From Auanema rhodensis (lineage: Eukaryota; Animalia; Nematoda), in the NCBI GenBank assembly GCA_964057225.1, contig OZ059896.1:10540001-10604000 (forward strand): DNA of 64,000 bases, read 5' to 3'. Every line of letters begins with the position of its first letter. The stretch's first letter is position 1. Position numbers and translations under genes: made by a program. The notes beneath the pieces were generated by a model, which was given only the letters and a program-made list of their open reading frames with translations, was not told where the DNA came from and made no database searches. This document shows positions 38,901 to 53,000 of the stretch, piece after piece.

Positions 38901-41900
38901 GATGAGTTTGTTGTTCTAATTCTCTCTGAGCAAGAGCTGATGATTGAATTCGAGCAACAAATCGTTCAATGTCATCAAAACAACGATTGAGAGTATTCTA
39001 TTAAATATATATTATTATAATTAAAATTATAAAAAATAATTTCTTACCACATCTCTTTCAAATACTTCAGAAGTATCACTAGTGACGGAGACATCATCAG
39101 CTGCTGTATATTGAGCAGCTAAATATAGAATTTTATTAAAAATATTTAAATGTTGTGAATTTTCTTACAATTCATAGGGAAAAATGGTTGCGCGTTATGT
39201 TGGCTATTCTGAGGACCACTGGAACGACGTCCATTTTTCACTTTCCTAGTTTTGCCATTTATATAATGAAGTAAATCATCAGCAACTTCAGTAGCAGCAA
39301 CTTGACTACACTGAAAACAAAACAAAAAATAATTATATGAAATGAAATGCTATATAAAGTTTATAAAGTTTAAGTTTTAGTTGTATATATTATAGTATAT
39401 ATTGCAACATTTTAAGTTTTAATTGTATTATTTTTAAAGTTTCAGATAATATTAAAGAATTCTATATATTCTTACTTATATTCATATTAAAAATCAAGAA
39501 TTTTTATTTTATTTCATATCTTAATAATTCCGTGTATGAGCTATAAAGCTAGAATTGAATTGCTTATACTTCTTTCTTATCAACAAATATTCTTTTGTTT
39601 CATATGCTCCAGAGAGAGAGCTTATGTGTGTATAAGCCATGCAAAATGAAATTTGATAAGAATAATCACTAATAATATGTGAATTTTCCTCGTTATATGA
39701 CCAATAGCCATTAGTGTAGTTAAGTTGACAAGTCAATGATATTATTTGTTTTTATAATAAATTAAAAATAAAATAAAAGACTTATATAACAATACTTACT
39801 TGAAAGATATGCATCTCAGTTGGTGTGGCATTTCTCTTATTTCGCGAATTTTCACGAACAATGAATAATAATATATTATTATATGTATCTCTTGGATCAT
39901 TTGATATATGAGCTGTTGGCTGTTCAATTAATTCCAAAGGAAATTGTTCAACCAAATCCTAAAAAATGAAAAAATAATTTATAAATTATTATAAAATATA
40001 TATTATATGATATAATGTACCCCATTTTCATCTTCAACAGTAATCATTTGTGGTCGGAATCTTAAGATTAATGGTTGAGCCCAGAGGGCTGAGTTTTTGT
40101 CCATTTGCTTCAGCTTTCGAATACCATCAGCTGGGAAAGTAAGACCAAATTGTCTTAAATATAATATTTAGTAGTTATAATATACATATATAGGATATAG
40201 TTTACCTTCCAACAGCAAAAGTAGCTAAATGCTCTACATAATATGAAGGAGTCATTTCGTCAATAGATGATTCATTAGCACGTCGTGCAGTGGCTATAAG
40301 TAATACATATATACTAATTCTTATTATTCATTTTTAATAAATTTTTGTATTTTTTCTATCATTCTCTCAATTTTTCTATCTTATCGCAAAATATTACGTT
40401 TAAAGCAGAATATCGTTCATTTCATATCTATATTATATTTTTACAGGAGACGTCATATAAAATATTCAAAAATGGTTTTTAAATTACAATTAAATTCTAA
40501 ATAATCTGGTTGTTAATTCTTCTTTTTACATGAAATTTTAACAGATTAAATAGATAATTTAACATTAATATGATATTAAAATATAATCATTAAATCTTTT
40601 AATTATTCTACTTACATACTCATCTATACTTCTATATATACTATATACAGTACTGGACAATAAACCTCGGACACCTACTAGAAACCCTTGTATTCTTTGA
40701 AACAAACTAGAAACTTTTTTTTTGTCGTTTGAAAGGCTTTTCTGAGGCAAAAAACGAGCGTAAAAGACGATCGCTTGACGACGTTTATCGCACAAAATCA
40801 TATATAGTATATACGTAGATATTATATATACTATTTCAATATAACTAACCAATTCGTTGATGTGCCATATCTGCTATCGTTTGATGTGGTGGCAAATGAT
40901 TCTGCGAACGGTGTGACGATGAAGTATATGAATGTGATGGCGAGGGTGCAGCTGATTGGCCCACACGAGATGAATAGTAATATCCGGCTCCTCCACCTCC
41001 TCCAACAGACGATGTTGGTCCTATTCCAACTCCTGGTGGCGGTGCCCTTAAGAATAAACTAATTATGAAATATAATAATAATAATAATAATGATCATGAA
41101 TCAGTATATAATATGTTTAGTATGAGTATGTAAAGTATACGTAAACAGAGTATTTAAACTTGAAAGTATGAGAAGAATCAATTTGGACTCTTAAAGCAAA
41201 CCACAACCTTATCGATAAGGACATGAACGAGGCGGTTTAATTTAAGAGACATTGACTCAATAATCATATAAACTTTAAATGCTTGTACAAATGCTTGATA
41301 AGCTGTTATATGATTACGAGTATTTAAAATATTTATTTAATTAACAGTCACATTAAGGAAATAAAACTTCGCATTGTATCATTTTATATGAAATTATAAG
41401 TCAAAATATGAAGATATTGAATAAAATGAAAGAATTTTTAGAAAGAAATAGGATAAGAATAAATTGTCTATGAAATCATTCGATAATGTGCTGTCTAATA
41501 AGTCATAAAAGACAAAATGATAGAGCAATTTCATTGCACATGGAACGACTATTCTCGTTTAGCGCTTACGCAAAAGTTTTTAGTATTAACAAGTGATAGA
41601 AGATTACAATGCCAATGTTATCATATTATTAACAATCATACATATAACTATAATTATATATAACTCTATATAATAGTATGAAAAGCAGAAGATTTCATGT
41701 TAATTCATTAAAAGTATTTGAAACACTAGTTGGTAGAAACATATTTATGAGGAAAAGCATAGCTAAGAAATGACAAATATCTAAAGTTATAAATGAAAGA
41801 AAGAAATAATTTAATGAGTAGAAGTAACATAATAGAAATATAGTTATAATCAAGTTATCGAAATAATATTATTTATTAAAATCTCATCAAATACAAGCAG

Positions 41901-43466
41901 AAGCTAAAGATATAATATGAAATAGTATTTGAATATATTATCCAAAAGTTCTTTTATGGTCTTTTTTTGAAATTTTTGAAAAAAATACAGAAAAAAGTCA
42001 ATTTTTGAAACCTAAATGAAAATTAAATTGAGAAACGACCTTAGAATTATGAAAAAGAAGAAAAGAGAAAAAGGATGATATGTCAAATAATCGGGTTGGC
42101 TATATAAGGAAAGGTTTTGAAAACGATAGCATGTACTGGAAAAATAATTTTGAAAAAAGTACGGAAGCTACATTCCATCGTATCTATAAGAGCAGTAGTT
42201 AAAAGAGAAATTAAAGACAGGCAAAATCAGTAAAAGAGAGAGCGATCTGGAGAGAGAAAGAGGGAGAGAGAAAGAGAGAGAGAGGGAGAGAACTAGGAAA
42301 AGGAATACAGAAAGAGATTGAGAGAGAAACAGCAAATGTTCTTATTGATGTCGTTTTACTCTTATTCACATTTGGCAATTGATATTGAAACTGATAACAG
42401 TTGTATGTCTGGCGCCTCAAAAGCCAGAAGTGGATGCTTGCCACGACAGAAATGGTGTATTATGTGTTTGGAAAAAGGGGGAAAGGAGGGGGGGGGGAGA
42501 GGATGTTGGTTGACTTGGATCATACATACACGACCAAATACTATATTCTGTGATCAATACAAAGATTGAAAATGAAATTTATATTGATTATATTTGATAT
42601 AATATCAAAAAAAACCTCATAATTATTAATATAAAAATGATATGAAGAGTATAAAAGGACAAAATAAGTTTAAAGAGTTCAGCATAAATATTAAATAGAG
42701 GTACAGTAGAAAAGAAATGCAAAATGAGTTTGTAATACTTAAATAAAAATGAAAATAAGTAAAATACTATATTGAATGATTCAGATATGTTTACTTTTTA
42801 GTAAAATATTATACTATATACATATAAATAGTATAATATATGATATATATTTACGAATTATGAATCATCAAGTTTGAAATAAAATACTAAATGATGATAA
42901 TTTTTGAAACATGTATGTATTGGTATCAAATAAAAATCAAAAAATATAAAATGTTAAAATTTTGATCTGATAGTAAAAGATTAGAAAATACATAAATATA
43001 TTTGTATGTATAGGTATATATTATATAATTATATATATATTATATAAATTTATATAATATAATAATAATAATATTAATAATTAATAATAATAAAATAGAA
43101 AGATGCTACCTTCTTAAATATTAATGTTCTATCCTATCGATTGGACTTCAACTTTCAAAAGTTTATCATCAATATTCAATTTTGAAATTTTTGAAATGCA
43201 AATATCGTAAATGTGTTGAAAATCATAAAAAATGAAGAAAAAAAAACATCTTAATGTTCAAAAGATGTGAATTAGGAATGATTGTAAACGAAGAATCATA
43301 CTTTGTATAAAAACGATAAGCGGTTCAGCTTATAAGTATATAATTTAGTTAAATATATTAGAAAACTAATAATTATATTGAAAAATAATAAAAAATTAAA
43401 TTTAAATGAAAAAAAAAAGAAAAAAAAAGAAAATTACCTATATGGATCAATTCCTCTTCGCATCAT
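33895..43466 (-). CDS. eps-8: EPS8 family adaptor, long isoform (PTB - central domain - SH3 - SAM/effector region)
   Basis: Start MMRRGIDPY. PTB SYYVEHLATFAVG...DGIRKLKQMDKNSALWAQPLIL. Central LNRCFDDIERF and LHFLFTPL. SH3 ELTVSRGEYLEVLEDTKNWWECRNVHQRVGYVPHTIL. SAM-like VGIWLEEKGF. Ends ...DDNETPSDSA*. Confidence 0.95.
36639..36779 (-). CDS. eps-8: eps-8 short-isoform terminal exon (read-through of the donor at 36712)
   Basis: Ignoring the GTATGC donor gives in-frame ...KQGMLPDDAPAYVKERQGKRGEFRYF*. As I recall, GKRGEFRYF is the conserved C-terminus of short invertebrate EPS8/Arouser forms. Confidence 0.8.
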   Translation of the reverse strand: MPAHRENGHITRSGISQHSPKQGMLPDDAPAYVKERQGKRGEFRYF

Positions 43467-43981
43467 GATCGTTTTATAAGTTCAACATACTTTAGAACAA
43501 AAAAAAATCTGAAATTGAAAAATAGAAAAAATATAAAAATATTTGAGAAAAAAAAACATTTGAAAGATAAAAATAAAAAACAAAATTTAAATTAAAAATA
43601 TAAAAATTTGTATTGATGGAAATAGTTTCAACAATAGAATTAGGTATTTAGATTTTGAGAGAATATTGCGGTCGGTGATTGAAGTAGAAGATCAATGATT
43701 TGAAAGGGAAAGTAGTCAGGAGAAGATATATATGTATATATATATACATATATTTAAGATTTCGAGAATATGTGAAGAAAAGTCAAAACGAATCAGCAGG
43801 TCTTCTGAAACCGAAGGGTGGATGATAATTTATCGCTTGAATTAAGGGTCATCTTAGGCAACGTCCGAAGAAGAACCATGATGTGGATAGCTTTGAGAGA
43901 ATAGGGTTCTGGAATCAGTATAGAAATAGTGATGAAGGAAGTAGAAATAAGAATATAGGAAACGAATAGAGAGAATGAAAT

Positions 43982-44016
<35 letters not shown>

Positions 44017-44760
44017 TTGAGAGAAAGAAAGAGATTATATGAGAGTTGAGTTGTGCGGTGCAAAACGTCGGCTGACAGAATGGGGACAATCAGAACGGTT
44101 AGAAAAATAACAAATGCATATACATACATCTATAAAAGAGGATAAAACATATCAAAAACTATTTAACAATATTATTATATTACTAAACTATTAATTATAA
44201 TAAATATTTTTTTATATTATTTACTAGTATTACTATATAGTTTTCTTTTTGTTAGTAAGCTGACCAACTAAAATTGCAAAAGATCTGTTTAAAGAAGAAA
44301 TGTGAACAGAAAAAACAGTCAGATAGGTTAGTACAAAATGTAAATAGATAAATGATTTGGTCATCAAATTGATGTTTTTAAGTATACTTTACTATATACA
44401 TATAGATAGTATAGTTAATAATATAACTTGAATATAATTAAAGAATTTTTATTTGCATGTTGAATATGCTTCAAGTGACTTTAGAAGCAGGAGAGCATTT
44501 AGCGTTCTGATTGTTCGTTCGTGCTCTCTCCCTCTCTCTATCCCTTTCTTAGTCAGTAACTATCCTATTCTCTTTCGCTCTATCCTTTTTCATGTGTTTG
44601 CTGATGAGTGATACCGATGACGACGAATCGTTCTTGAGCTTTTCTCTTGTCACCCTCCCCCTCTCCTTCATCTTCTTTTCTCGCTCTTGTCTCCATTTTT
44701 CAGTTATCGTCCTCTTAGTTGTTCAGAATCGAATCGCATTCTTTCTCGTAAGACTTTTTG

Positions 44761-44808
<48 letters not shown>

Positions 44809-45077
44809 TCTTTAAATCTATAAGTATTTCCTTTCATCTCTCTCACTGTTTCTTAATCTCCCTCTCTTCGAGGCTACCTCTCTATCTTTAAAATTGCATG
44901 CGGTTGAGTTTTTTTTTCTAAAAAAGGAGTAGAAGAGTTTGTGAATCTGCTTGCTTTTTTCGGAGCAACTAGCTGAAAATTCTCATCTACAGTCAGTCTC
45001 AATGAATCAATCAGAAAATATCAGATCCAATATTCACATATACACATCACATACAAATATGATTTGATATAAATTTC

Positions 45078-45115
<38 letters not shown>

Positions 45116-48100
45116 AAGGAGAGGAAGAGAGAGAAAGAGAGTAATGAATATCTTCAAATCAAATTTTTTAAAACAATTATATTGGATTTGAACTATTGTT
45201 GCATAGTTATATATAAAATTATAAAGTAAAATTCTACAATGGCATTAATATAGAATGGAATGTTGCGTTATCATCTATTTTCACATCTTCTTCTTCCGAT
45301 TCAATCATCTGTGCGAGCGAATACTTTGGCTGATTGTCTTCATCATCACACAAATTCTTCATAACACATTCTCCTTCTTAACCATCATCTTCCTTCAATT
45401 TTCTCTTCAATCCAGGAAGGTCATCTATCTATCTTCTGGAGATAAGTTACAGATTTTAGTGCCCACCCCCTTTTCCAAGAAGACAATGTTGAATGCACAT
45501 CGTCGTTAGAATAGATATACATACATATACATGTAGATAGATAGATATAGAGATGAATAAGTAAAAGAAGACACAAAACGAACATTTCAAACTGGATTTC
45601 ATGATGATAATGATGGAGGAGGGAGGTAAAGAAGAATTCAATAGATATTGAAATATAATTCACAATAATCATTCCAAGTTTTACTTTTATATATATTATT
45701 TTTTATATAAAATAGTTTAAAAAAAAACTTTTGGCTTTATATAAAAACGAAATGTTTGGTTTTAAATAAATTGTATTTTTCATAGACTAGAAATACATTT
45801 TATATGGTTTCTTCATAAAAAATAATATGAAAAGGTGGAACTGTTGACTAAGGTGATGACAAGTTTGAAATAAACAGCCAAACAATTGATAGAATTTTTG
45901 GTTTTCAAACATTTAAAAACGAACATATGTATAAAGAAACATTTAGAAAATCAAAAATTTAAATATATGTGTTCTGTTTCGCTCAATGATAATCTTTCGA
46001 GTTTGAATGCCGTTGTATGCTGTTGTCGATTCAGCCAGTTTCTACCCGGAGACGATGTTTGAGCTGACGACATTCCTAAGAGGATTAACCGATGAATTCA
46101 GAAGCTGAGTTTGAGGTTGCTTAGAAACTAAACGAACACGAAGTGGAACATGAAGGCGGGTGAATATCAAATGAATTTGACGATTTTTATAGTTTAGAAA
46201 AAGTGAATCTCATATCATATTTCATATTTCTCAACATAGCTGAATATTAAATTTTCAAAAAAAAAGAAGTTTTTTTTTCATTTTAGTTAGAATAATATAT
46301 AATTTTGTTTTATAAAAGAAAAGAGGGAAGAAATGGAAAGGCAGATAGTACGACTGGATTCGTTTTACGTTGTTAGTCCTAGTGGTCCTGGTAAAGAAAT
46401 GAACGACAAGACGAACTGTTGAGGGATAGAAAAAAAAACTTGGTTAAAACCAGTCCTAAAGCTTGAATTTCAAATGGCAAAAGAGCCAAAAGGATAAAAA
46501 AATTTAAGAGATTTGTGATTAATGGGTAGGCATTAAAATCATATCACAGTGGATTATAAGATGATAGTCTGGATGAATGAAAGCCAATATCCAAATAAGT
46601 GTGAACATGATGATCATATATGAATATGATGAAAGGAAATTATAAATCAAAGAGAAGCTTTGGGATGATTGATAATAGAAGAAGACGACGAAGAAGAGAA
46701 TCAGGTAGCATCCTGATGATTCCAATGACATTCATCTCAACAGATTTATGATAGTTCGCTAGAAGATTGGTTATTGGGGGAGAAAGGAAGATACATTACG
46801 ATAATAGAAGTGAAGAGGAGGTAATATACCAAAATAATATAAAAAAAGAGTTAGAAATGATGAGAGAAAGAGGAAAGGAGAAAGAAAACACGATAAAGAT
46901 TTTAAGTAGAGAGAGAGAGAAAAAGAGAAATTGAAAGTTTAACTATATATGTAAAACATCGCTCAGCTTGACCATCAAGCTGTACAATATATATTAATTG
47001 AAATTGACATTTGATTTTTCAAAATAAAAGTGTAAAGAACTTCAAATTAAACGAAAATAAAATAAAAATAATAAAATAATAAAAATATTGATTAAATAAT
47101 TACTATAGCTTATAGTTCATGTGAATAGTATAGAAGATGTTAGAACTCAGTAGAAGACACATGGAAGTAACCGGTGAGAGTTTTGGAGGGCAATAGTAGT
47201 ATTGCTAGGAACTGTAGAAATTTGAACGAAATATACGAGGAAATGAGAGAGAATAAGAGAACGAGTGAATCGAAGTATGAGAGAAATAGGGAGAAGAAAG
47301 ATAGATGAGAATGGAACAAACGAATATAGGAGGAGGACGACGAAAACGACCACCGATGGACAACTCGCAATCAATCGATGGTCAATCTATTCTGGTATTT
47401 GCTCTAAGTCGTCTGCGGCAAAACAATGCATTTGTTGACATAACCTATTGACAAGTATTTGATTGACAAACAAACAAGCAGTGCCTACGTTCAACTTTCA
47501 ATCATTCAGCTCCTTCCATGGTCATTGCTTCATGAGCATTAGGCTTCTCACGCAAGAGCAAATGATTGTATGAAGTTTCAACTCAATATATCTTCTGATA
47601 ATACGAATATAGAAAGAAGAAATGAGGCGTTTCAACATAAATAGTAAGTTAACTATCATTATATCTACCTTTTAAATAATGATACGCCCTTTTTAACTGA
47701 TTTAATATTCATATACATTATGATAACAGACTAATCAGTCATATAAGCCTACATACATTCCATTCAGTTTTGAAATTAATCATTACTTTGATGACAAATG
47801 TATAAAAATGATAAGAACGAAAATAATTCTATCAGATTTTGTAAATTTAGTTTAAAAGTTTTCAAAAAAAAAGAAGTTAAAGTTAAGTAAAATACAATAC
47901 ATTTAGAAGGAAAGAAGGAAAAGTGTTCAAATGCAACCACATGCAACAATATGCGTTTAAAGTGAAACGTAAACTAGTTTTCCACGTGTTCACGTACCTT
48001 ATTAGCATATCGCATTTAGAACTTTCAATGTATATTTGCCTTTTTTGGTTGAATGTTAGCATGTCTAAGTACTATATCTCTATTCAAAGCAGTCGAGGAT

Positions 48101-48840
48101 TTGTTGTACATCGTCATAAACACAGTGCTATATGATTCAAATTATAATATTTTAGTTATAATTTTAATTTATAATTAGATTTAATAATAAATTAAAAATG
48201 AATACATAATAAGATCTACTAAGAATAAAAATAATTTATAGTTAAGAACTTTGTAAGTTCTTCTATTCATATTTCTCATTCCATCCATATGATTGCATTT
48301 ATCTGTTTTCATTTCTTATTTTTCTTAAATATTATATTTTTTTAAATATAAATGATTATTTTATTAGTAGTTATTGTTTTGTTTAATTATATTGAAATAG
48401 ATAAGAAATCTTAAAATATCAATAGATTAAACATTAAAATGATTATGTTGATGTTCACATACTCATCTTAAAGCTTTAGTAATGAGTTTGTCTGGGTAAA
48501 GAGAGAAAGCATAAAAACAGACAAAAACTACAAATATCAGGAAAGATCAAAGTATTCAAAATAAAAATGTAATTTATAAATTGATACGGATGAAGTTGTT
48601 AACTCAAATATCTGTATTTCTCTTCACTTTGTCAATTCTCGTGATGAAGCTTCATAATACCCGCCTACTTCAACTATTTCTCTTCCTTCTTCTTACTACA
48701 CCTTCTCCTTCATCATCATCATCATCATCTTTTATCTTCTTATGTCTTCGAGTAAAAATCAAAGAAAGAATACGTATATGTTGGAGATGAGTGACTAGAA
48801 AGAGGAGCAGAGATTGCTTGTTTGCTTCGGCCCATCTCCT

Positions 48841-49384
48841 TATAAACACTCAATACGCACGTCAGAGAGCTGCAGCAGCTTCAGAAGGGGAATAGAATAG
48901 TCTTCAAGAGCTTCAGCTTAGCTTCAGTCTAACAGTACTTATTGAAACCCTTTAGGCAATACGGTATTATCAAAAGCATTCGTTCATGAGAGAAAAATAA
49001 TCGATAAAAAAAAAGATATAATAACATATAAAAAAATTAATATAGTATATAGTATATAGATTAAAACGAATTTGAAAGCTTTCTATGTTATAAAATCAGA
49101 ATATTTAATATTTCAGACTAATAAGGAAATTACTTTTCTCTACGAGAATGACCTCGGCCTCGAGGGGTCGTATGATCTTATGGCGATGAGGATGAGGAAA
49201 GAATGGAAATCAGGTCGCCCTTCATCGAAGGGACCGTTTTATTCACCGGCAGAACCACACGGCTGACTAGCGTTCATCGTTCAACTGTCATCTTAAATAT
49301 GGTTATTCGTCAATATTATATATAAGTATAAGTAAAAAATATTCTCTCTCTCCCTCTCTCTCTATCTCTTGTAAATCTAATAAA
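48841..49384 (+). ncRNA. Candidate spliced, structured long non-coding RNA
   Basis: TATAAA 48841, donor G|GTATTA 48963/4, acceptor TTTCAG 49111-49116, GC-rich nested stems 49146-49308, AATAAA 49379. Only 13- and 28-codon ATG ORFs. Confidence 0.45.
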
Positions 49385-49988
49385 AGAAGAGAATGTGATT
49401 AAATTCTAAAATAACGTTTAAATATAAAAATATACGATTATTAATATGAATAGAAGATATAATATAATCTTAAAGAATGAATTCTACCCTACGGGACACA
49501 TTCAAAATGAATTTTTTCGTTTTTCTTTTTAAGTTTAAAAGAAAAGAGTTGCTAAGAGAATGAAAAATAACTAGATTGATAAACCATTCGCCTTTTTTTT
49601 TGTTTTATTTGCAGGACTCGAGCCATATACGGCTTGTAAAAGAATTGAAAGAACAGTCAGAAAAAGAATATTCTTTTGCCTATTTGCAGATGAAAAGAGC
49701 GCTGAAGCTTTTAGAAAAAAAATGTTAAGAAAAGGCTGAACCTGTTGGATAGTTAGGATATTTATTCCGTGATCATGCTGAATTAAATGAAATAGAAATG
49801 ATTAATGTTGAAGGATGTACAAGGATAAATGATATATCTATCTGATTTTATCACATTTTAGATGATTATAATAGACAATAGAAATCAGTGAATATATGTT
49901 ATTAGTTAATTTGGTTTTATGAATAAAATATTGTAGACGATGAGAAAATAAAGTAAAGTGGTAAAGTGATGAAAAGAGGTAAGAAAGC

Positions 49989-49991
<3 letters not shown>

Positions 49992-50048
<57 letters not shown>

Positions 50049-50070
50049 GAGATAGAGAGATAGAGAGAGA
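49992..50070. repeat. (AG)n microsatellite
   Basis: Direct read. Confidence 0.95.
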
Positions 50071-53000
50071 TAGAAGTAAAAGATTGAGGGAATATGTGTT
50101 AAAAAGAGAGAGAATGTATATTAGAAAAGAAAGAGGAACACGATAATTAAACTGTCCGTCGACCGAAATATGAAGCGAAACACATCCACGTGGTTTGTAT
50201 AGAACCTCATAAAGTATAAAATCTAGTTTCAAATATTAAAATAGTTTTATACATTCATAATTTTATATTAATTTAAAATTATGAGAAAAATATGAGAATA
50301 TATCAATTATATTTGGCAAAAAAACCATAATATAATCTGATAAAACAAGCAAGTATTGAAGTAAGATCAAAATGTTATTTTCTATATCTAATTTAATATA
50401 TAAAACATTATTTCTTTTGATATGAAATAATATAAGAATATAAATAAGCCATATTCTTCTTCTTCGTTTATAATCTTAAATATATATTCTGATACAATAG
50501 AGATGAGCATAATCATATATAACAACAACTTGTAAAAGTAAAGAAAACGAAATAGAATGCTAGAAAGAAGAGAAAATAGCTTTATAACTAACATGTTGTT
50601 AAAGGTGTGAACTTTGAAAACAAATGAAATGTAACTGTGTAAATAATAAATATATATTTATATATATTTATATATAAGTTAACTATTCATATATGGAAAA
50701 ACATTCAAGAAATTCTATGAAATATCTAAAAATAATAGATTTTTCTCATTTTTCTTTTATCTAATTTGAAGCTTTTATGTTAAAAGTAAAATAATAGTAA
50801 ATAACATAATGTCTAAAGTTACCTACAGTTCCCCGTAAAGGATGTAGGACACGCAACGCGAACAGTTCGCGTAGCGGCGTACAGGTCTCTTCTATGTTGA
50901 AGTTGTTTCTTCTTTCCGTCTATACAAGAAAGATGTCGGTCCCGGCTGTCATTAGACTGGAGAAGACTGACTAATGCTACTAGAACTTACTGTTTAGACT
51001 GGACAATTAGAACAAGATACATATATACAATATAATTTATATCATATATTCAAATTAAAAAAAGTTTTTTCAAAATTTTAATTATAAGTTTTAAATTCTT
51101 AAATACTAATTATAATTCAGGGCACTAGATTGCTATTACTGTTAGTTGGTATATTTTATTTGAAATATTCGATTAATTTTATCTAGCTAAGATGAAATAA
51201 TGTTTTTATTTATTTGAAACGGTAGAAGAAAACTTTTTTTCGACCAACTTGTTCAATTTTCAATTTGCTTTTAGTTAATCATTGTATGGATGTATGTATG
51301 GATCTGTCTGAATGAGAATATTAAAAATCCTTTATTACCGTAGATAAACGTTCTAATTTGAAATGCAAAAAGCTTTCTTCCACCTGAATTGAGCGCCATC
51401 CTTTTATATTTAAAGCTTTGACATAATTAGCTGTTATTACATAATTCCATATTCGTTACTTAATCTTATTTAAATAGAGTAAATGAACCTATAATTATAA
51501 ACATTCATAAATTTATTATTTATGAATGAAATTAAAGAAATTTAAAAGATGAACTTTAATAATAAAGCTTTAAGTCACAATTGCTAAGGATGTAACGGCT
51601 ATCCTAGAAGTTCAAAAAAAACTTTTTATAGCTTCTCATTATCCGTTAATCATTTGTTTTTTTTTTATCTTTCTCTTTAAACAAAATTTAAAAGCTTTTA
51701 AATAGATTTTTTTCAAATACTTGAACAAGATAAGTATTTCTAAAATATATTTTAACTATATCATATATATATATATTCATGTATATATATATTTATATAA
51801 TAAGATACATCTATATAGATATACATATGAATGTATGTAACAATGATTATGACAATCTAAAACAACGTATAAATTCACTCAATCATTGTCATTGCATCAT
51901 GATGTTTCATCTAGTGAATATGTTAAAAATCCGATATTCCTTCCGTATACACATAGCCTTTCATTGATTTTTCAGTAAAATTTTAAATAACAGATGATGA
52001 GAAGCATTGAAAATCTGAAGATAAATAGATAGCAGCATGTATCTGCCCCCTGCAAAGCTATAAGTCAACTTGTTGAGATTGAAATGAAACATGGCCTCTC
52101 CTTAATTCTTATTATCTTTAACTTTCTATCTTATTCATCTCGCAATAATCACTACTTGTAGAGTTTAGTCTAGAACCTACTCTATAACATCACAATATGA
52201 GTTCACAATCATTGAGGAGGTCTCGTGCACGATGAGGAGATACAACAGTTGTTGAATCAATGTTATCTTAAGAAACGATAAAATTTGTGGAAGCTTTGAT
52301 GAGTGAATGAAAGAAGAAAGAGATAAATGGAAAGATCATCAATTAGTTTGGATCACTATGTTGTTCCTTACATCGACTCAAATGCTTCACGACAATCGGA
52401 GACCATCACGTACATATCTTTCTAAACTATTCTTTTCTTCCATCTCTCGCTCATTTCATTATATTATTTGTATTATTATTATATAATAATATGAATATTA
52501 TATAATCTGATATCATTTTCTGAATCATCATTTTCATTTGGAAACTAATTGTTTTAAGAGATTTTTCATTCATTTTGACCTGCTGAAGTTAAAAGCTTAT
52601 GCATACGCGGTTTCACTCATATAGTTCGGACTTCCTGCCCGCCCACATGTCTTTTCCGCACATGTGAATACGGTAGTTTTGCTCGCAAACGCCATGATAG
52701 ACAAGAGAGCAGGAGGCATGTAGCTACAGCATAAGTTTTTAAAACATATTTTTTTCTATTTTCTTTATAATTATATGAATATAATTTAAATTTAATATAT
52801 GATATTACTGTGATGTAAAGATAATGTGTTAAAAGAGATAACCACTTACTGATTTAATGGTTTTATAGGGTGAGTCCACTGATGAAAGGTATATAAATTC
52901 TTTCTTTAATTCTGTTACAACGATAAAAGAAAGCCGCAAATACTTTAATTCTTCAACAATGAATTTCTAATTCTTTTATCTTATACAATACTATATTTTA

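Noticed and set aside
46430-46452. Minus-strand GGTTTTAACCAAG resembling an SL2 leader
   Set aside because: No following AG|GT donor, stem-loops or Sm site.
49243-49264. TCACCGGC..., a mir-35/36-like seed
   Set aside because: No complementary arm nearby to form a pre-miRNA; the seed match alone is insufficient.
49193-49268. GAGGAAAG ... CAGAACC..CGGCTGA resembling RNase P conserved regions
   Set aside because: The P4 helix complementarity is absent and the spacing does not fit; kept only as an unclassified structured RNA.
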